From assembly GCA_944390685.1 (NCBI GenBank), contig CALXQL010000005.1:1801-65800 (forward strand): 64,000 bases of DNA, written 5' to 3'. Positions 52,694 through 63,194 of this stretch are shown one piece after another. Both the position numbers and the translations under genes were made by a program. Numbering within the stretch: position 1 is the stretch's first letter; every line of letters starts with the position of its first letter. The notes below the pieces were generated by a model. That model ran no database searches and was not told where the DNA came from. It saw nothing but the letters and a program-made list of their open reading frames with translations. This stretch comes from an uncultured Alphaproteobacteria bacterium (lineage in GTDB: Bacteria; Pseudomonadota; Alphaproteobacteria; Rs-D84; CACZYB01).

Positions 52694-54706
52694 TTACATA
52701 AAATTATAAGGATCTATATCAATTTTTAATTTAATAGATGAAGGTATATTGACAAAATTAAACCATTTCAAAATAATGTCTTGAATTTTAATATTTCTAT
52801 TAACTATAAGTAAAAATCGTTTTCTATAATTTTTTTTAATAAATGATAAAGGAGCATCAATTGGTCCAAAACAAGAAATGCCATCAATTCCCAAAGGAGC
52901 CCTTTTTACTAAGTGAAAACAAAAAGCATCTAACACTTGTTTATTTTTTGATGATAAAATTACACTTGCCAATTTTGAAAACGGAGGCATATTTGCAATT
53001 TGCCTATTTTTAAGTTCTTCTTTTACAAAACTATCTCTATCATTATTGACAATTGCACTCATGACGGGATTATCGGGATTAAAAGTTTGAATTATAACTT
53101 CACCTTTTTTTTCACCTCGTCCGGCTCTACCTGATACTTGAGTTAAAAGCTGAAAAGTATTTTCATTTGCTCTTAAATCTGCACCGCTGAAACTCATATC
53201 TCCATCAACAACCCCCACAAGAGTCAAATCTGGGAAATGATGACCTTTTACGACTATTTGAGTTCCAATGATAATATCAACTTCTTTATTTTCAATTTGC
53301 TTAATAATTTGATTTAGTTTTGTTTGAGAAGTAATATTGTCGGAAGAAATTGTAGTAATTCTTGCATTAGGGAACCTTAATTTCACTTCTTCTTCAATTC
53401 TTTCAATTCCAGGACCACATAAAAACCAAGAATTTTCTTTTTCACATTCCGGACACTTTGGCGGAAGTTTTGAAGAATATCCGCAATGATGACAATAACA
53501 TCTTGTATTATCTTTATTATGAGCAGTCAAATATACACTACAATTTGGACATTGTATCCTATATCCACAAGAAGAGCATAATACAAGCGGAGCATAACCA
53601 CGCCTATTAATATATAACATAACCTGGTTTCCTAATAAAAGATTTTGATTTATCTTATTTACCAAAGGATTTGATAACCAAGTTTGCCCCCAATCTTGTT
53701 TTTCTGGCTTGTCTTGTCGTAAATCAATAAGTTCCACTTTAGGCATAACCGCCTCACCAAAACGGGAAGTTAATTTCACGATAGAATATTTCCCATTATT
53801 GACATTATTTAAAGTTTCAATTGAAGGTGTGGCGGATGCTAATATAATAGGTATTTTATCAATAGATGCTTTTAATACAGCCATATCACGACCTTGATAA
53901 ATGACACCATCTTCTTGTTTATAAGAATTATCATGTTCCTCATCAAGCACAATTAATGCTAAATTTTTATAAGGAAGAAAAAGAGAAGATCTAGTCCCCA
54001 CTATAACCTTTGCTTCACCGGAAAAAATGGCTTTCCAATTATCGCGACGTTGAGCCTTTGTAATGCCACTATGCCATAACACAGGCTTAATACCAAACCT
54101 ACTTTCAAACTTGCTTAAAAATTGTCCGGTTAAAGAAATTTCCGGAAGCATTATAAGTATTTGATTTTGAATATTATTTAAGGCTTTTGCAACAACATTG
54201 AAATACACTTCGGTTTTACCGCTTCCTGTAATTCCATCAAGAAGTGATACGGAAAAACCATTATTTAATTTTTGTGATAAAGTATCCACAGCCAATTTTT
54301 GTTCATCACTTAAATTTACGGGAATATAAGATGGTATATAATTTCTTTTTTCATTTTTTATTTTTTTTGAAAAAATTTCATCAAAACCAATTACCATTTT
54401 TAATATATTGCCCATATAATTAAGATTATATTCAGCAACTTTTTTAATAAAATTTAATTGATTAAGAGATAATTTAGCATCATTTATCTTTGATGAAATG
54501 AACTTTACTTTTGATATATCATAATCCAAAGGTTTATCATTTTGTGAAATAATCACCCCTACCACTTGCTTATTACGAAAAGGCACATATACTAAATCTC
54601 CAATTGAAAAATTGTCATTATCTGGAATGATATAATCATATCCATCACTTGCAAGTGAAAGTAATACTTTAACTATTGAACCAGCAATAAGTTTTGTATT
54701 TTCCAT
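52694..54706 (-). CDS. priA: Primosomal protein N'
   Basis: GITGSGKTEVY, DEEH, Zn-finger CxxC motifs, QVSGRAGR. Confidence 0.96.
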   Translation of the reverse strand: MENTKLIAGSIVKVLLSLASDGYDYIIPDNDNFSIGDLVYVPFRNKQVVGVIISQNDKPLDYDISKVKFISSKINDAKLSLNQLNFIKKVAEYNLNYMGNILKMVIGFDEIFSKKIKNEKRNYIPSYIPVNLSDEQKLAVDTLSQKLNNGFSVSLLDGITGSGKTEVYFNVVAKALNNIQNQILIMLPEISLTGQFLSKFESRFGIKPVLWHSGITKAQRRDNWKAIFSGEAKVIVGTRSSLFLPYKNLALIVLDEEHDNSYKQEDGVIYQGRDMAVLKASIDKIPIILASATPSIETLNNVNNGKYSIVKLTSRFGEAVMPKVELIDLRQDKPEKQDWGQTWLSNPLVNKINQNLLLGNQVMLYINRRGYAPLVLCSSCGYRIQCPNCSVYLTAHNKDNTRCYCHHCGYSSKLPPKCPECEKENSWFLCGPGIERIEEEVKLRFPNARITTISSDNITSQTKLNQIIKQIENKEVDIIIGTQIVVKGHHFPDLTLVGVVDGDMSFSGADLRANENTFQLLTQVSGRAGRGEKKGEVIIQTFNPDNPVMSAIVNNDRDSFVKEELKNRQIANMPPFSKLASVILSSKNKQVLDAFCFHLVKRAPLGIDGISCFGPIDAPLSFIKKNYRKRFLLIVNRNIKIQDIILKWFNFVNIPSSIKLKIDIDPYNFM

Positions 54707-55731
54707 TAGTTAGACTTTCTTTTTAAAAGCGATGCATCACCATAGGAATAAAAACGATAATCATTATCCTTTGCAAATTGATAAGCTTTTTTCATTTCAT
54801 CAATTCCGGCAAAAGCCGATACCAACATGAATAAAGTTGATTTAGGAAGATGGAAATTAGTCATCAAATAATCAACAGATTTAAAATCATAAGGAGGAGT
54901 GATAAAAATATCTGTTTCCCCTTCAAATGGATGAATCATGCCATCATCATCAACAGCGGATTCCAAAAGTCGTAAAGATGTTGTTCCCACTGCAACAATT
55001 TTTCTATTTTGCTTTTTTGCATTATTTATTTTATCTGCAACTTCTTTTGTTATTATACCAAATTCGGCATGCATTTTATGATCTTTTGTATCTTCCACTT
55101 TCACAGGTTGAAAAGTCCCCGCTCCCACATGTAAAGTCAAAAATAAAAGTTCAATTCCTTTATTTTTTAATTTATTAAGTAAATCATCGGTGAAATGTAA
55201 TCCGGCCGTAGGTGCAGCCACAGCCCCCTCCTCTTTTGCATATATTGTTTGATAAGCCTCTTCATCTTCCTTTGTAGCTTCTCTTTTTAAATAAGGAGGA
55301 AGAGGAAGTTCACCAATTTCATTTAACATAATAAATAAATCGCCACCGCCAAGATTGAATTGAACCTCTACGCCACTTTCACCTTGTTTTGATAAAACTT
55401 TACAATTAAAATCATTTGTAAAAACAATAACATCGCCTATATTAAGTTTTTTTGAATTTCTAATAAAGGCAAGCCAAGTATCAAAATTTATGTTTTTATG
55501 AAGCATAACTTCAAACTTACGATTATTACAAATGCCATAAAGTCGTGCTGGAATGACTTTAGTATCATTAAACACCATCACGGCATTATCTGGTAGCACA
55601 TCAACTAAATCTTTTACTTTTTTATTAACCAATTCTGGAACTAAAAGTAATTTTGCCTCATCACGTTTTTTCAAAGGTTCCTTAGCAATGAAATGTTCCG
55701 GCAAATCAAAATCAAAAAAATCAACACGCAT
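54706..55731 (-). CDS. queA: S-adenosylmethionine:tRNA ribosyltransferase-isomerase
   Basis: FNDTKVIPARL, AAPTAGLHF, NFHLPKSTL, YRFYSYGD. Confidence 0.97.
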   Translation of the reverse strand: MRVDFFDFDLPEHFIAKEPLKKRDEAKLLLVPELVNKKVKDLVDVLPDNAVMVFNDTKVIPARLYGICNNRKFEVMLHKNINFDTWLAFIRNSKKLNIGDVIVFTNDFNCKVLSKQGESGVEVQFNLGGGDLFIMLNEIGELPLPPYLKREATKEDEEAYQTIYAKEEGAVAAPTAGLHFTDDLLNKLKNKGIELLFLTLHVGAGTFQPVKVEDTKDHKMHAEFGIITKEVADKINNAKKQNRKIVAVGTTSLRLLESAVDDDGMIHPFEGETDIFITPPYDFKSVDYLMTNFHLPKSTLFMLVSAFAGIDEMKKAYQFAKDNDYRFYSYGDASLLKRKSN

Positions 55732-55813
55732 AATAAAACTCCTAACAAAAATATATTTAATATAAAAAACAAATAAAATAAAGAAAAAAGATATTATTTA
55801 TTAAGAAAATAAT

Positions 55814-57064
55814 CTATTCTTGTAAAATCTTATCAATTGCACGGGAAAGAGAATAAGCTAATTTTTCCCTATACCATTTTTGATTAAGTTTCTTTTCTTC
55901 ATCTTTGTTAGAAAGGAATCCCATTTCCGCCAATACCGAAGGGACAGAAGAACGAAGCACCATAAAAGGAGCCTCTCTAACTGGTCTATCTACACAAAGA
56001 ACATCTTGTTTTACTTGTTTAACTATTTCATCGGCAATTTCAACTGAGGCAATTTTAACTTGGGTTTGCATTAAATCCCCCAAAATATTTTTTGTGATTC
56101 TGTCATAAGAATCAAAAGTTCCAATACCAATTAAATCGGAAGCGTTTTCCTTTTCCGCCAATTTTTTAGATTCTTCATCGGTTGCCTTTTCTGATAAAGT
56201 ATAGATTGAAAAACCTTTTGTTGTTTTTTTGGGACTGCTATCAGCATGAATAGATATGAATAAATCGGCATTATTTTTTTCGGCTATATAAGAACGTTCA
56301 GCCAAAGGAAGGAATATATCCGTATCCCTAGTCATTACAATTTTGTAATTAGGATTTTTTTTCAAAATGTCGCGAAGTTGTTTAGCCATACTTAGAACGA
56401 TATTTTTTTCTTTTGTTCCACCAATACCAATCGCACCAGGATCTTTTCCACCATGTCCAGCATCAATCACAATTACCTTTTTATCCTTTTTTATAGATTT
56501 TTTTGATGTAGTAGTTGTTGTAGTCGTTTTCACTTCTACTTTTTTTGATGAAGAAGAAACGTTTTTAGATGATGAAGTGATTTCAATTTCAACTTCCTCT
56601 TCATTTACAATGGTTTTATTATTTGATTTTGTGTTGGAAAGTTTATCAAATTCAGTTTGTGAAGCGCTTTCAATATCAACCACAAGCCTATAATTTTTAT
56701 TATCACCTATTGGGTTTAAAATGAAATCTTTTTTTACTTTTGCAAAAGCAGTTAAATCTAAAACAATTCTTGCTGTATCATCATCATATTCACCAAGTCT
56801 TACTTCATCAATGAAACCAGTTTTAGAAGATTCCTTTTTTACATTTGAAATATCAATATCATCAATATCAATAACAATTCTTTGAGGATTATTGAGATAA
56901 AAAATATTATACGATGGTTTTGATGAGGTTTCTAAAACAAAACGAGAAACATTGCCAGATTGAATTCCGGTTCTAAAAAGTATCGCCCTTCCCGATGCAA
57001 ATACCGGAAAAGAATAAAAAGCAAAACATAAAACAACTAATACATTTTTAAACCATTTAAACAC
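55814..57064 (-). CDS. amiC: N-acetylmuramoyl-L-alanine amidase (AMIN plus Amidase_3)
   Basis: IDAGHGGKDPGA, FISIHAD, PSVLAEMGFLSN. Confidence 0.92.
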   Translation of the reverse strand: MFKWFKNVLVVLCFAFYSFPVFASGRAILFRTGIQSGNVSRFVLETSSKPSYNIFYLNNPQRIVIDIDDIDISNVKKESSKTGFIDEVRLGEYDDDTARIVLDLTAFAKVKKDFILNPIGDNKNYRLVVDIESASQTEFDKLSNTKSNNKTIVNEEEVEIEITSSSKNVSSSSKKVEVKTTTTTTTSKKSIKKDKKVIVIDAGHGGKDPGAIGIGGTKEKNIVLSMAKQLRDILKKNPNYKIVMTRDTDIFLPLAERSYIAEKNNADLFISIHADSSPKKTTKGFSIYTLSEKATDEESKKLAEKENASDLIGIGTFDSYDRITKNILGDLMQTQVKIASVEIADEIVKQVKQDVLCVDRPVREAPFMVLRSSVPSVLAEMGFLSNKDEEKKLNQKWYREKLAYSLSRAIDKILQE

Positions 57065-57366
57065 TGAATAAAACCGCCTCCTTATGCGAAACTTTTCATA
57101 ATTATAAGATAAAAAAAGAAAAAATCAAACCAAAATTAAAATAAAAAAACTTGTAAAATTATAAAAAATCATATATATTAAAAAAGTTAAATAAAAAAAT
57201 AATAAAATAAAAATGATACAATTACTAATAAAGTTTCTAAAAAATATAAATGTTTTGTCAAATGGCGACACTACATCTCTATATTTTTATTTATTTAACA
57301 ATGCTGTATTAAGCACTACGCAAAAAGATTTTTATAAAAATAGATTATATTGGAGAATTGAAAAAA

Positions 57367-59163
57367 ATGACAAAAAAAATGTTAATAGATGCAACCCATT
57401 CCGAACAGACCAGAGTTGCTATAATAGAAAATAACACACTTGAAGATTTTGAATTAGAAACAATAAATAAAAAGGAAATAAAGGGAAATATATATTTAGC
57501 AAAAGTTGTAAGAGTTGAACCATCACTTCAATCTGCATTTGTTGAATATGGTGGCACTCGTCACGGATTTTTACCATTTTCTGAAATACACCCAGATTAT
57601 TTCCAAATACCAATAGAGGATAAAAAGGCTCTTCTCATCACTTCCCAAGATGATAGCGATGAAGATGATGATAAAGAAGCAAGTGAATCTTCTGTTGAAA
57701 CTTTCGCCGATGATGAAGATGAAGTTGCAGAACGCCAAGCTGAAGAAAAAAGAAAACAACTTCTTCGCCAATATAAAATACAAGAAGTTATCAAGTCCGG
57801 ACAAATCTTACTTATTCAAGTTGAAAAAGAAGAAAGAGGAAATAAAGGTGCGGCAATCACAACCTATATTTCACTTGCTGGAAGATATTGTGTTTTGATG
57901 CCAAATAGTAATAAACGCATTAAATATGGTGTATCCCGTAAAATTCCTTATGGTGAAGAAAGAAAGAATTTAAAAGAAATTTTAAAGGATTTACCAATTC
58001 CAGAGGGTATGACCGTAATTGCTCGCACTGCTGGATGTAATAAAAATTATAAAGAATTGTTGGGTGATTATAATTACCTAATATCACTTTGGAATGAAAT
58101 AAGAAAAACAACATTGGCATCAATTGCACCTGCTTTAATACATGAGGAAAGCGACCTACTCCGTCGTGCAATAAGGGATATGTATAAAGCGGATATGGAA
58201 GAAATTTTAATTGAAGGATATGAAGGTTATAAAAAGGCGCTTGATTTTGCAAAACAAATCAATTTTGATGATATGAAAAAAATAAAGGAATATAAAAATC
58301 CAGCACCATTATTCATAGAATATAGAGTTGAAGCACAACTTGAAGCGGTTCAAAATCCAATTGTAAAATTACCAAGTGGAGGTTATTTAGTAATAAATCC
58401 AACTGAGGCATTAACAGCAATTGATGTAAATTCCGGTCGTGCAACTAAGGAACGTAATATTGAAGAAACTGCACTAAAAACTAATTTAGAAGCCGCCCAA
58501 GAAGTGGGACGTCAACTTCGTCTTCGTGATATGGGAGGTTTGGTTGTAGTTGATTTTATTGATATGTTGGAAGCAAAACATAACCAAGCTGTTGAACAAA
58601 AAATGAGAGAGGCTCTTAAAAAAGATAGGGCAAAAGTTCAAATGGCAAAACTTTCTCAATTTGGTTTGATGGAAATTTCCCGTCAAAGACTTCGTCCAAG
58701 CTTTTTAGAAGTAAGCCACAAAACTTGCCCACATTGTTTGGGAACTGGATTGGTGCCATCTGTTCAAACCGCATCTATTAATTTAATAAGACATATTGAG
58801 GAAGAACTTCTAAAAAAAGTATCAAAACGTATATATGTATCAATTCCATCTGATATTGCTCTTTATACACTTAATCAAAAAAGAGATGATATATTGGAAC
58901 TTGAAGAAAGATATGGAACAAGCATCATAATAAATGGTGATGATACCATTTTAAATGAAAAAGCTTATGTCATAGAAAAGATGGATTTAGATAAAAATTT
59001 AAATACATATTTTAGGGAAAAAGAGCCTATAAACACAAAATTAAAAAATAATATGAAAAAAATTAAAAATCAGGAGGTTTTAAAAAAGACTCCAGCAAAT
59101 AAAATGACTAAAACAAAAAATAAAAAGAAAAAAGGCTTTTTATCTCGCCTATTTGGTAATTAA
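57367..59163 (+). CDS. rne: Ribonuclease E/G (probable start MTKKML at 57367)
   Basis: KGNIYLAKV.RVEPSLQ, RHGFL, AIDVNSGR, DFIDM, CPHC; acidic S1 insert. Confidence 0.95.
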   Translation: MTKKMLIDATHSEQTRVAIIENNTLEDFELETINKKEIKGNIYLAKVVRVEPSLQSAFVEYGGTRHGFLPFSEIHPDYFQIPIEDKKALLITSQDDSDEDDDKEASESSVETFADDEDEVAERQAEEKRKQLLRQYKIQEVIKSGQILLIQVEKEERGNKGAAITTYISLAGRYCVLMPNSNKRIKYGVSRKIPYGEERKNLKEILKDLPIPEGMTVIARTAGCNKNYKELLGDYNYLISLWNEIRKTTLASIAPALIHEESDLLRRAIRDMYKADMEEILIEGYEGYKKALDFAKQINFDDMKKIKEYKNPAPLFIEYRVEAQLEAVQNPIVKLPSGGYLVINPTEALTAIDVNSGRATKERNIEETALKTNLEAAQEVGRQLRLRDMGGLVVVDFIDMLEAKHNQAVEQKMREALKKDRAKVQMAKLSQFGLMEISRQRLRPSFLEVSHKTCPHCLGTGLVPSVQTASINLIRHIEEELLKKVSKRIYVSIPSDIALYTLNQKRDDILELEERYGTSIIINGDDTILNEKAYVIEKMDLDKNLNTYFREKEPINTKLKNNMKKIKNQEVLKKTPANKMTKTKNKKKKGFLSRLFGN

Positions 59164-59190
59164 AAAAAACTCCCATTTGGGAGTTTTTTT
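59162..59190. terminator. Bidirectional terminator containing CTCCCATTTGGGAG
   Basis: aaaaaaactccca-tt-tgggagttttttt. Confidence 0.85.
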
Positions 59191-59887
59191 ATTTTTGAAA
59201 TTCAGATTTAACTATCTTTACAAAATCTAAATCTCTACCATGTGGTAGTTCTTTTTTTATCCTTTTTTCTAAATTTGTTGGATATGTTTCAATTCTTGGA
59301 GCATAAATATTTCCCTTTTTTGCAATAAAGACTTCATTTTTATTGATATATTCCCCAATTTGTTTTGTGCTATTAAGAATTACTTGTTTTAAATTGCTAC
59401 TATAAGGCATAAAATTATTTCCAACTCTTTCAACATCAGTTCCAATGAAAAATTTCATTCCTTTATCCATATATAAGAAATTATCATAAATAATTTTTGT
59501 ATCCATAGCATCAAAATAAGTTATTTGCCCATTAACAACTTCTAAAATCATTTTATTAGTTTTTTTATCAAAAAGTTTGAAAAGTCTTCTATCACCAGTA
59601 TGATAAACTTCATGATTTTGTAATATTTTGTTAAAGACTTCATAAAAACCATCATAAACTCCTAAAAAGTTTATCAAATTATAAAAACCATCTTTTGTAT
59701 CTAAAATAAAATAATCAAGCATAAATTCTGAATCTCTTAAAGAATATATAGCATTGCGGTTTGTATATTGAATAGCTATACGATTATTAAAAAATAAAAA
59801 TTCCTTTGGAGCATTTTCAACATTTTCTCTTGTATCAAAAATAGAATAAGTTGGCTTTTCAAAATCATTAAAATAATTTTTCTTCAT
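59189..59887 (-). CDS. Orphan protein (232 aa)
   Basis: RBS aaggg; upstream TTGACA-16-TATATT. Confidence 0.7.
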   Translation of the reverse strand: MKKNYFNDFEKPTYSIFDTRENVENAPKEFLFFNNRIAIQYTNRNAIYSLRDSEFMLDYFILDTKDGFYNLINFLGVYDGFYEVFNKILQNHEVYHTGDRRLFKLFDKKTNKMILEVVNGQITYFDAMDTKIIYDNFLYMDKGMKFFIGTDVERVGNNFMPYSSNLKQVILNSTKQIGEYINKNEVFIAKKGNIYAPRIETYPTNLEKRIKKELPHGRDLDFVKIVKSEFQK

Positions 59888-60022
59888 AATAAAACCCTTT
59901 CAATTAAATAAATATCCAACGAATATAACACAAAAACATTCTTTGTCAATAATAAGATTATTAAAAAGTAATTTTTTCATTGATTTTAATAAAAAAGTAT
60001 TGTAAAATACTAAACATCTTTT

Positions 60023-60099
60023 GGGAATGTAGCTCAGTTGGTTAGAGCTACCCGCTCATAACGGGTCGGTCGTTGGTTCGAGTCCATCCATTCCCACCA
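60023..60099 (+). tRNA. tRNA with CAU anticodon, most likely tRNA-Ile2 (lysidine); elongator Met not excluded
   Basis: Acceptor GGGAATG/CATTCCC-ACCA; anticodon arm ACCCG-CTCATAA-CGGGT; GGTTCGAGTCC; G1-C72 pair excludes initiator tRNA. Confidence 0.93.
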
Positions 60100-60110
60100 T
60101 AAAAAATCAT

Positions 60111-60133
60111 CCTCCCAAATGGGAGGTTTTTTT
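60111..60133 (+). terminator. tRNA terminator
   Basis: cctccca-aa-tgggagg followed by a T-run. Confidence 0.8.
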
Positions 60134-60220
60134 ATAAATCAAAAGATAAATATATCTATTGCAAAAATTCCTCTAATACATTATTATAAAAAGCAAATAA
60201 ATTTAAATTCAGGAGTTAAA

Positions 60221-60955
60221 ATGACAACACCTATTAAAAAAAATGTAATATGTATGAAATGGGGAACAAAATTCGGTCCACAATATGTAAATCGCCTTTA
60301 TGAAATGGTTGAAAAAAATTTAACTATACCACATAGATTTATTTGCTTTACCGATGATACAACTGGTCTAAATAAAGGAATAGAAACTTTCCCTATTCCC
60401 GAAGTATCGTTTAAAAATGGTCCTGAAAGAGGTTGGAATAAATTGGGTGTTTTTCGTAAAACTTTGGCTGATTTGGAAGGTGAAGCTCTATTTTTGGATT
60501 TAGATGTTTTAATCATAAGAAATATTGATGAGTTTTTCAATCAAGTAGGTGATTTTTTCATAATAAAAGATTGGGATTTTAAAAACTATATTGGAAATTC
60601 TTCCGTTTTCAAATTCACAATAGGACAACACGATGATATAGTTGACTATTTTGAAAAACATAGTGATGAAATAAGACAAGAATTTAGAAATGAACAAGCT
60701 TATCTTTCATATAAAATGAAGGAAAAAGGTATACTTCAATATTGGCCTAAACAATGGTGTGTAAGTTTTAAAAGACATTGCCTAAAACCATTTCCTCTAA
60801 ATTGGTTTATGAGCCCTACTCTCCCAAAGGATACAAAAATTCTTATATTCCATGGGCATCCAAATCCCGAAGAAGCATACAAAGGTTATACTGGAAAATT
60901 TGGTTTCCGCCATGTAAAACCAACAAAATGGATGGAAAAATATTGGAAGGTATAA
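60221..60955 (+). CDS. Glycosyltransferase, GT-A fold (probable start MTTPI at 60221)
   Basis: ICMKWGTKF...YVNRL, FICFTD, WNKL, DLD, FHGHPNP; RBS aggag. Confidence 0.85.
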   Translation: MTTPIKKNVICMKWGTKFGPQYVNRLYEMVEKNLTIPHRFICFTDDTTGLNKGIETFPIPEVSFKNGPERGWNKLGVFRKTLADLEGEALFLDLDVLIIRNIDEFFNQVGDFFIIKDWDFKNYIGNSSVFKFTIGQHDDIVDYFEKHSDEIRQEFRNEQAYLSYKMKEKGILQYWPKQWCVSFKRHCLKPFPLNWFMSPTLPKDTKILIFHGHPNPEEAYKGYTGKFGFRHVKPTKWMEKYWKV

Positions 60956-60956
60956 A

Positions 60957-61883
60957 ATGCAAAAAGTGAATATAGCATTTTGTTTTGATAAAAATCTATG
61001 GAAACATTTTTGTGTGGAAATAATATCATTATTAAATGTATCAAAAAACAAATGCGATTATGATATATATGCAATAATATCAAATGATATTACAAAAGAT
61101 ATTCAAGAAGAAATAAGAAAAATTTTTGATAAATATAATATCAATTCAACTTTAACATTTATACCAATAACTAATGATTTTAAAAAATCAAAAACAAATA
61201 AGGAAAAAGGATTTTATTTCCGCCTTCATCTTCCACAATTATTACCAAATATTGATAAAATAATATATGCGGATATAGATATAATTTTTAATAAAGATTT
61301 AAAGGATTTTTATAATCAAGATATGAAAGATTATATTCTTTTTGGGGTAAAGGATGGACTTAATATAACACGTCCATGGAAAAAACATATGGCAAGAATC
61401 CCAAAAAATTATAATACCTATTTCACAAAGGGGGATTATATAAATTCCGGTGTTTTATTGATGAATTTAAAAGCCATGAGAAAACTTAACCTCTATAAAG
61501 AATTTTGTGATTTAATGGAACTATCTTTTCCACATAGGGATCAAGATATTTTGAATATAACTTGTAAAAATCATATAAAAATATTACCTCTAAAATATAA
61601 TTTCACCCCCCGTTCCACACACAAATATAAAAAATTGATAAAAGAAAAATATATGACAAATATTGAATTGAAAGAAGCCAAAAGCTCAGCAATCATTTAT
61701 CATTTTATAAATCATAATCCATGGAATAAAATAACAAAGAAAGCCAATCTATGGTGGCAATACGCCCACCTAACCCCATATTATGAAGATTTTAAAAAGA
61801 ATTTTTTAAACAAAACTAGCCCTTTACAAAAGATGAAATTTTTTATAATGGAATATAAAAATAAAAGAGGAATAAATGATTAA
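60957..61883 (+). CDS. Glycosyltransferase family 8
   Basis: YFRL, IIYADID, YINSGVLLMNL, DQDILN. Confidence 0.9.
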   Translation: MQKVNIAFCFDKNLWKHFCVEIISLLNVSKNKCDYDIYAIISNDITKDIQEEIRKIFDKYNINSTLTFIPITNDFKKSKTNKEKGFYFRLHLPQLLPNIDKIIYADIDIIFNKDLKDFYNQDMKDYILFGVKDGLNITRPWKKHMARIPKNYNTYFTKGDYINSGVLLMNLKAMRKLNLYKEFCDLMELSFPHRDQDILNITCKNHIKILPLKYNFTPRSTHKYKKLIKEKYMTNIELKEAKSSAIIYHFINHNPWNKITKKANLWWQYAHLTPYYEDFKKNFLNKTSPLQKMKFFIMEYKNKRGIND

Positions 61884-62841
61884 AGAGAATTATATCCCAA
61901 TATGTTTTTCAAGTGATAATAACTTTGTTCAACATTTAACATGTGCTATGGCATCTATTTTAAAAAATGCAAAAAGTGAATTTATAAAATTTTATATTAT
62001 TACAGATGGTTTTTCAAAAGAGAATCAAACAAAACTTGAAAAAGTATTGAATTTACATCCTTCATCAATAACATATTTAAAACCAAATGAAAGTTTATTG
62101 AAATTTTGCCCTAACACTACTGGTTCTTGGCAATCTATAGCTACTTATTATAGACTTTTTATTCCAGAACTTATACCTGAAGAAAAAGTAATATATCTAG
62201 ATTGTGATATGATTATTAGAACATCTTTGTTAGATTTATACAATAAAGATTTAAAAGATAATATAATTTTAGGTGTTAAGGATGTAAGTGAACAAGATGA
62301 TATAAAAAGATTGAATATACCTAAATATATAAATGGCGGTATGCTTTTAATGAATATTGCAAAAATGAAAAAAGAAAATTATGTAAAAAAAATGTTTGAT
62401 ACATTAAATAATAATAAAGCAATAATAAAAAAACATGATCAAGATATTATAAATTTAACTTGTTATGATAAAATCGCATATATAGAAGAAGAATGGAACA
62501 CACAAGTTAGAAGAAAAGGTGTTAGTAAATTTGAAACAATAAAAAATCCAAAAATTTTACATTTCATATCCCCTAAAAAACCATGGATTTTTTTTAAACC
62601 ATTAACCACAACAAAATGGCATAAAGAATATTTTAAATATTTACAATATACTGAATTTAATAATTTTATAAAAGAATATAAAATTAAATCATTATTATTA
62701 TTTCCTATAAAATTATTTTATCCAACAGGTATCATTAAAAATATTTTAAATAATATATTTTCAATAAAAAATTCCTATGATAAAAAATATAAATTGATAA
62801 CAATATTTGGAATTACTTTTAAAAAGAAAAGAGAAAATTAA
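61876..62841 (+). CDS. Glycosyltransferase family 8
   Basis: TYYRL, IYLDCD, YINGGMLLMN, DQDIIN, HFISPKKPW. Confidence 0.9.
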   Translation: MIKENYIPICFSSDNNFVQHLTCAMASILKNAKSEFIKFYIITDGFSKENQTKLEKVLNLHPSSITYLKPNESLLKFCPNTTGSWQSIATYYRLFIPELIPEEKVIYLDCDMIIRTSLLDLYNKDLKDNIILGVKDVSEQDDIKRLNIPKYINGGMLLMNIAKMKKENYVKKMFDTLNNNKAIIKKHDQDIINLTCYDKIAYIEEEWNTQVRRKGVSKFETIKNPKILHFISPKKPWIFFKPLTTTKWHKEYFKYLQYTEFNNFIKEYKIKSLLLFPIKLFYPTGIIKNILNNIFSIKNSYDKKYKLITIFGITFKKKREN

Positions 62842-62993
62842 ATGAAAAAAGCACTCAATACTATATTATTTTTGGTAATTTCAATAACTTGAGTAATTGT
62901 AGGTTAATAAATCCAAACGACGATGGAAAAACATTTTATATCAATGGTAAAAGTTTTTATGGCGACGATGGATTTATAACCTTAACCGATTAA
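62842..62993 (+). pseudogene. Frameshifted small putative lipoprotein (about 50 aa if one T is restored)
   Basis: MKKALNTILFLVISIT then TGA; the -1 frame continues LSNCRLINPNDDGKTFYINGKSFYGDDGFITLTD*. Confidence 0.5.
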
Positions 62994-62996
62994 GTA

Positions 62997-63194
62997 TTAT
63001 TTGTTTTTTTGTATAGCTTGTTGTAATTTTTGTAATTTTTCTATTTCAATATTTAACTCATTTTCTACTGGATCACCATAATGTCCAACAAGTTTATCTT
63101 TTGGAAATGTTGACTTTCTCCACCAAATTTCCTCTTTTAATTCTCTGATTTTTTGTTTTGTTTTTGTAATTTCATCATGAATATTCATAATCAT
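62997..63194 (-). CDS. Small coiled-coil orphan protein (about 63-65 aa)
   Basis: RBS aaggag; upstream TTGACT-18-TAAAAT. Confidence 0.65.
   Translation of the reverse strand: MIMNIHDEITKTKQKIRELKEEIWWRKSTFPKDKLVGHYGDPVENELNIEIEKLQKLQQAIQKNK

Noticed and set aside
57213-57434. 73-aa ORF upstream of and overlapping rne
   Set aside because: No RBS, composition of AT-rich intergenic DNA, out-of-frame overlap with rne; more likely UTR.
60119-60220. ORF-track N-terminal extension of the first glycosyltransferase
   Set aside because: Begins inside the tRNA terminator; the RBS-supported start is 60221.
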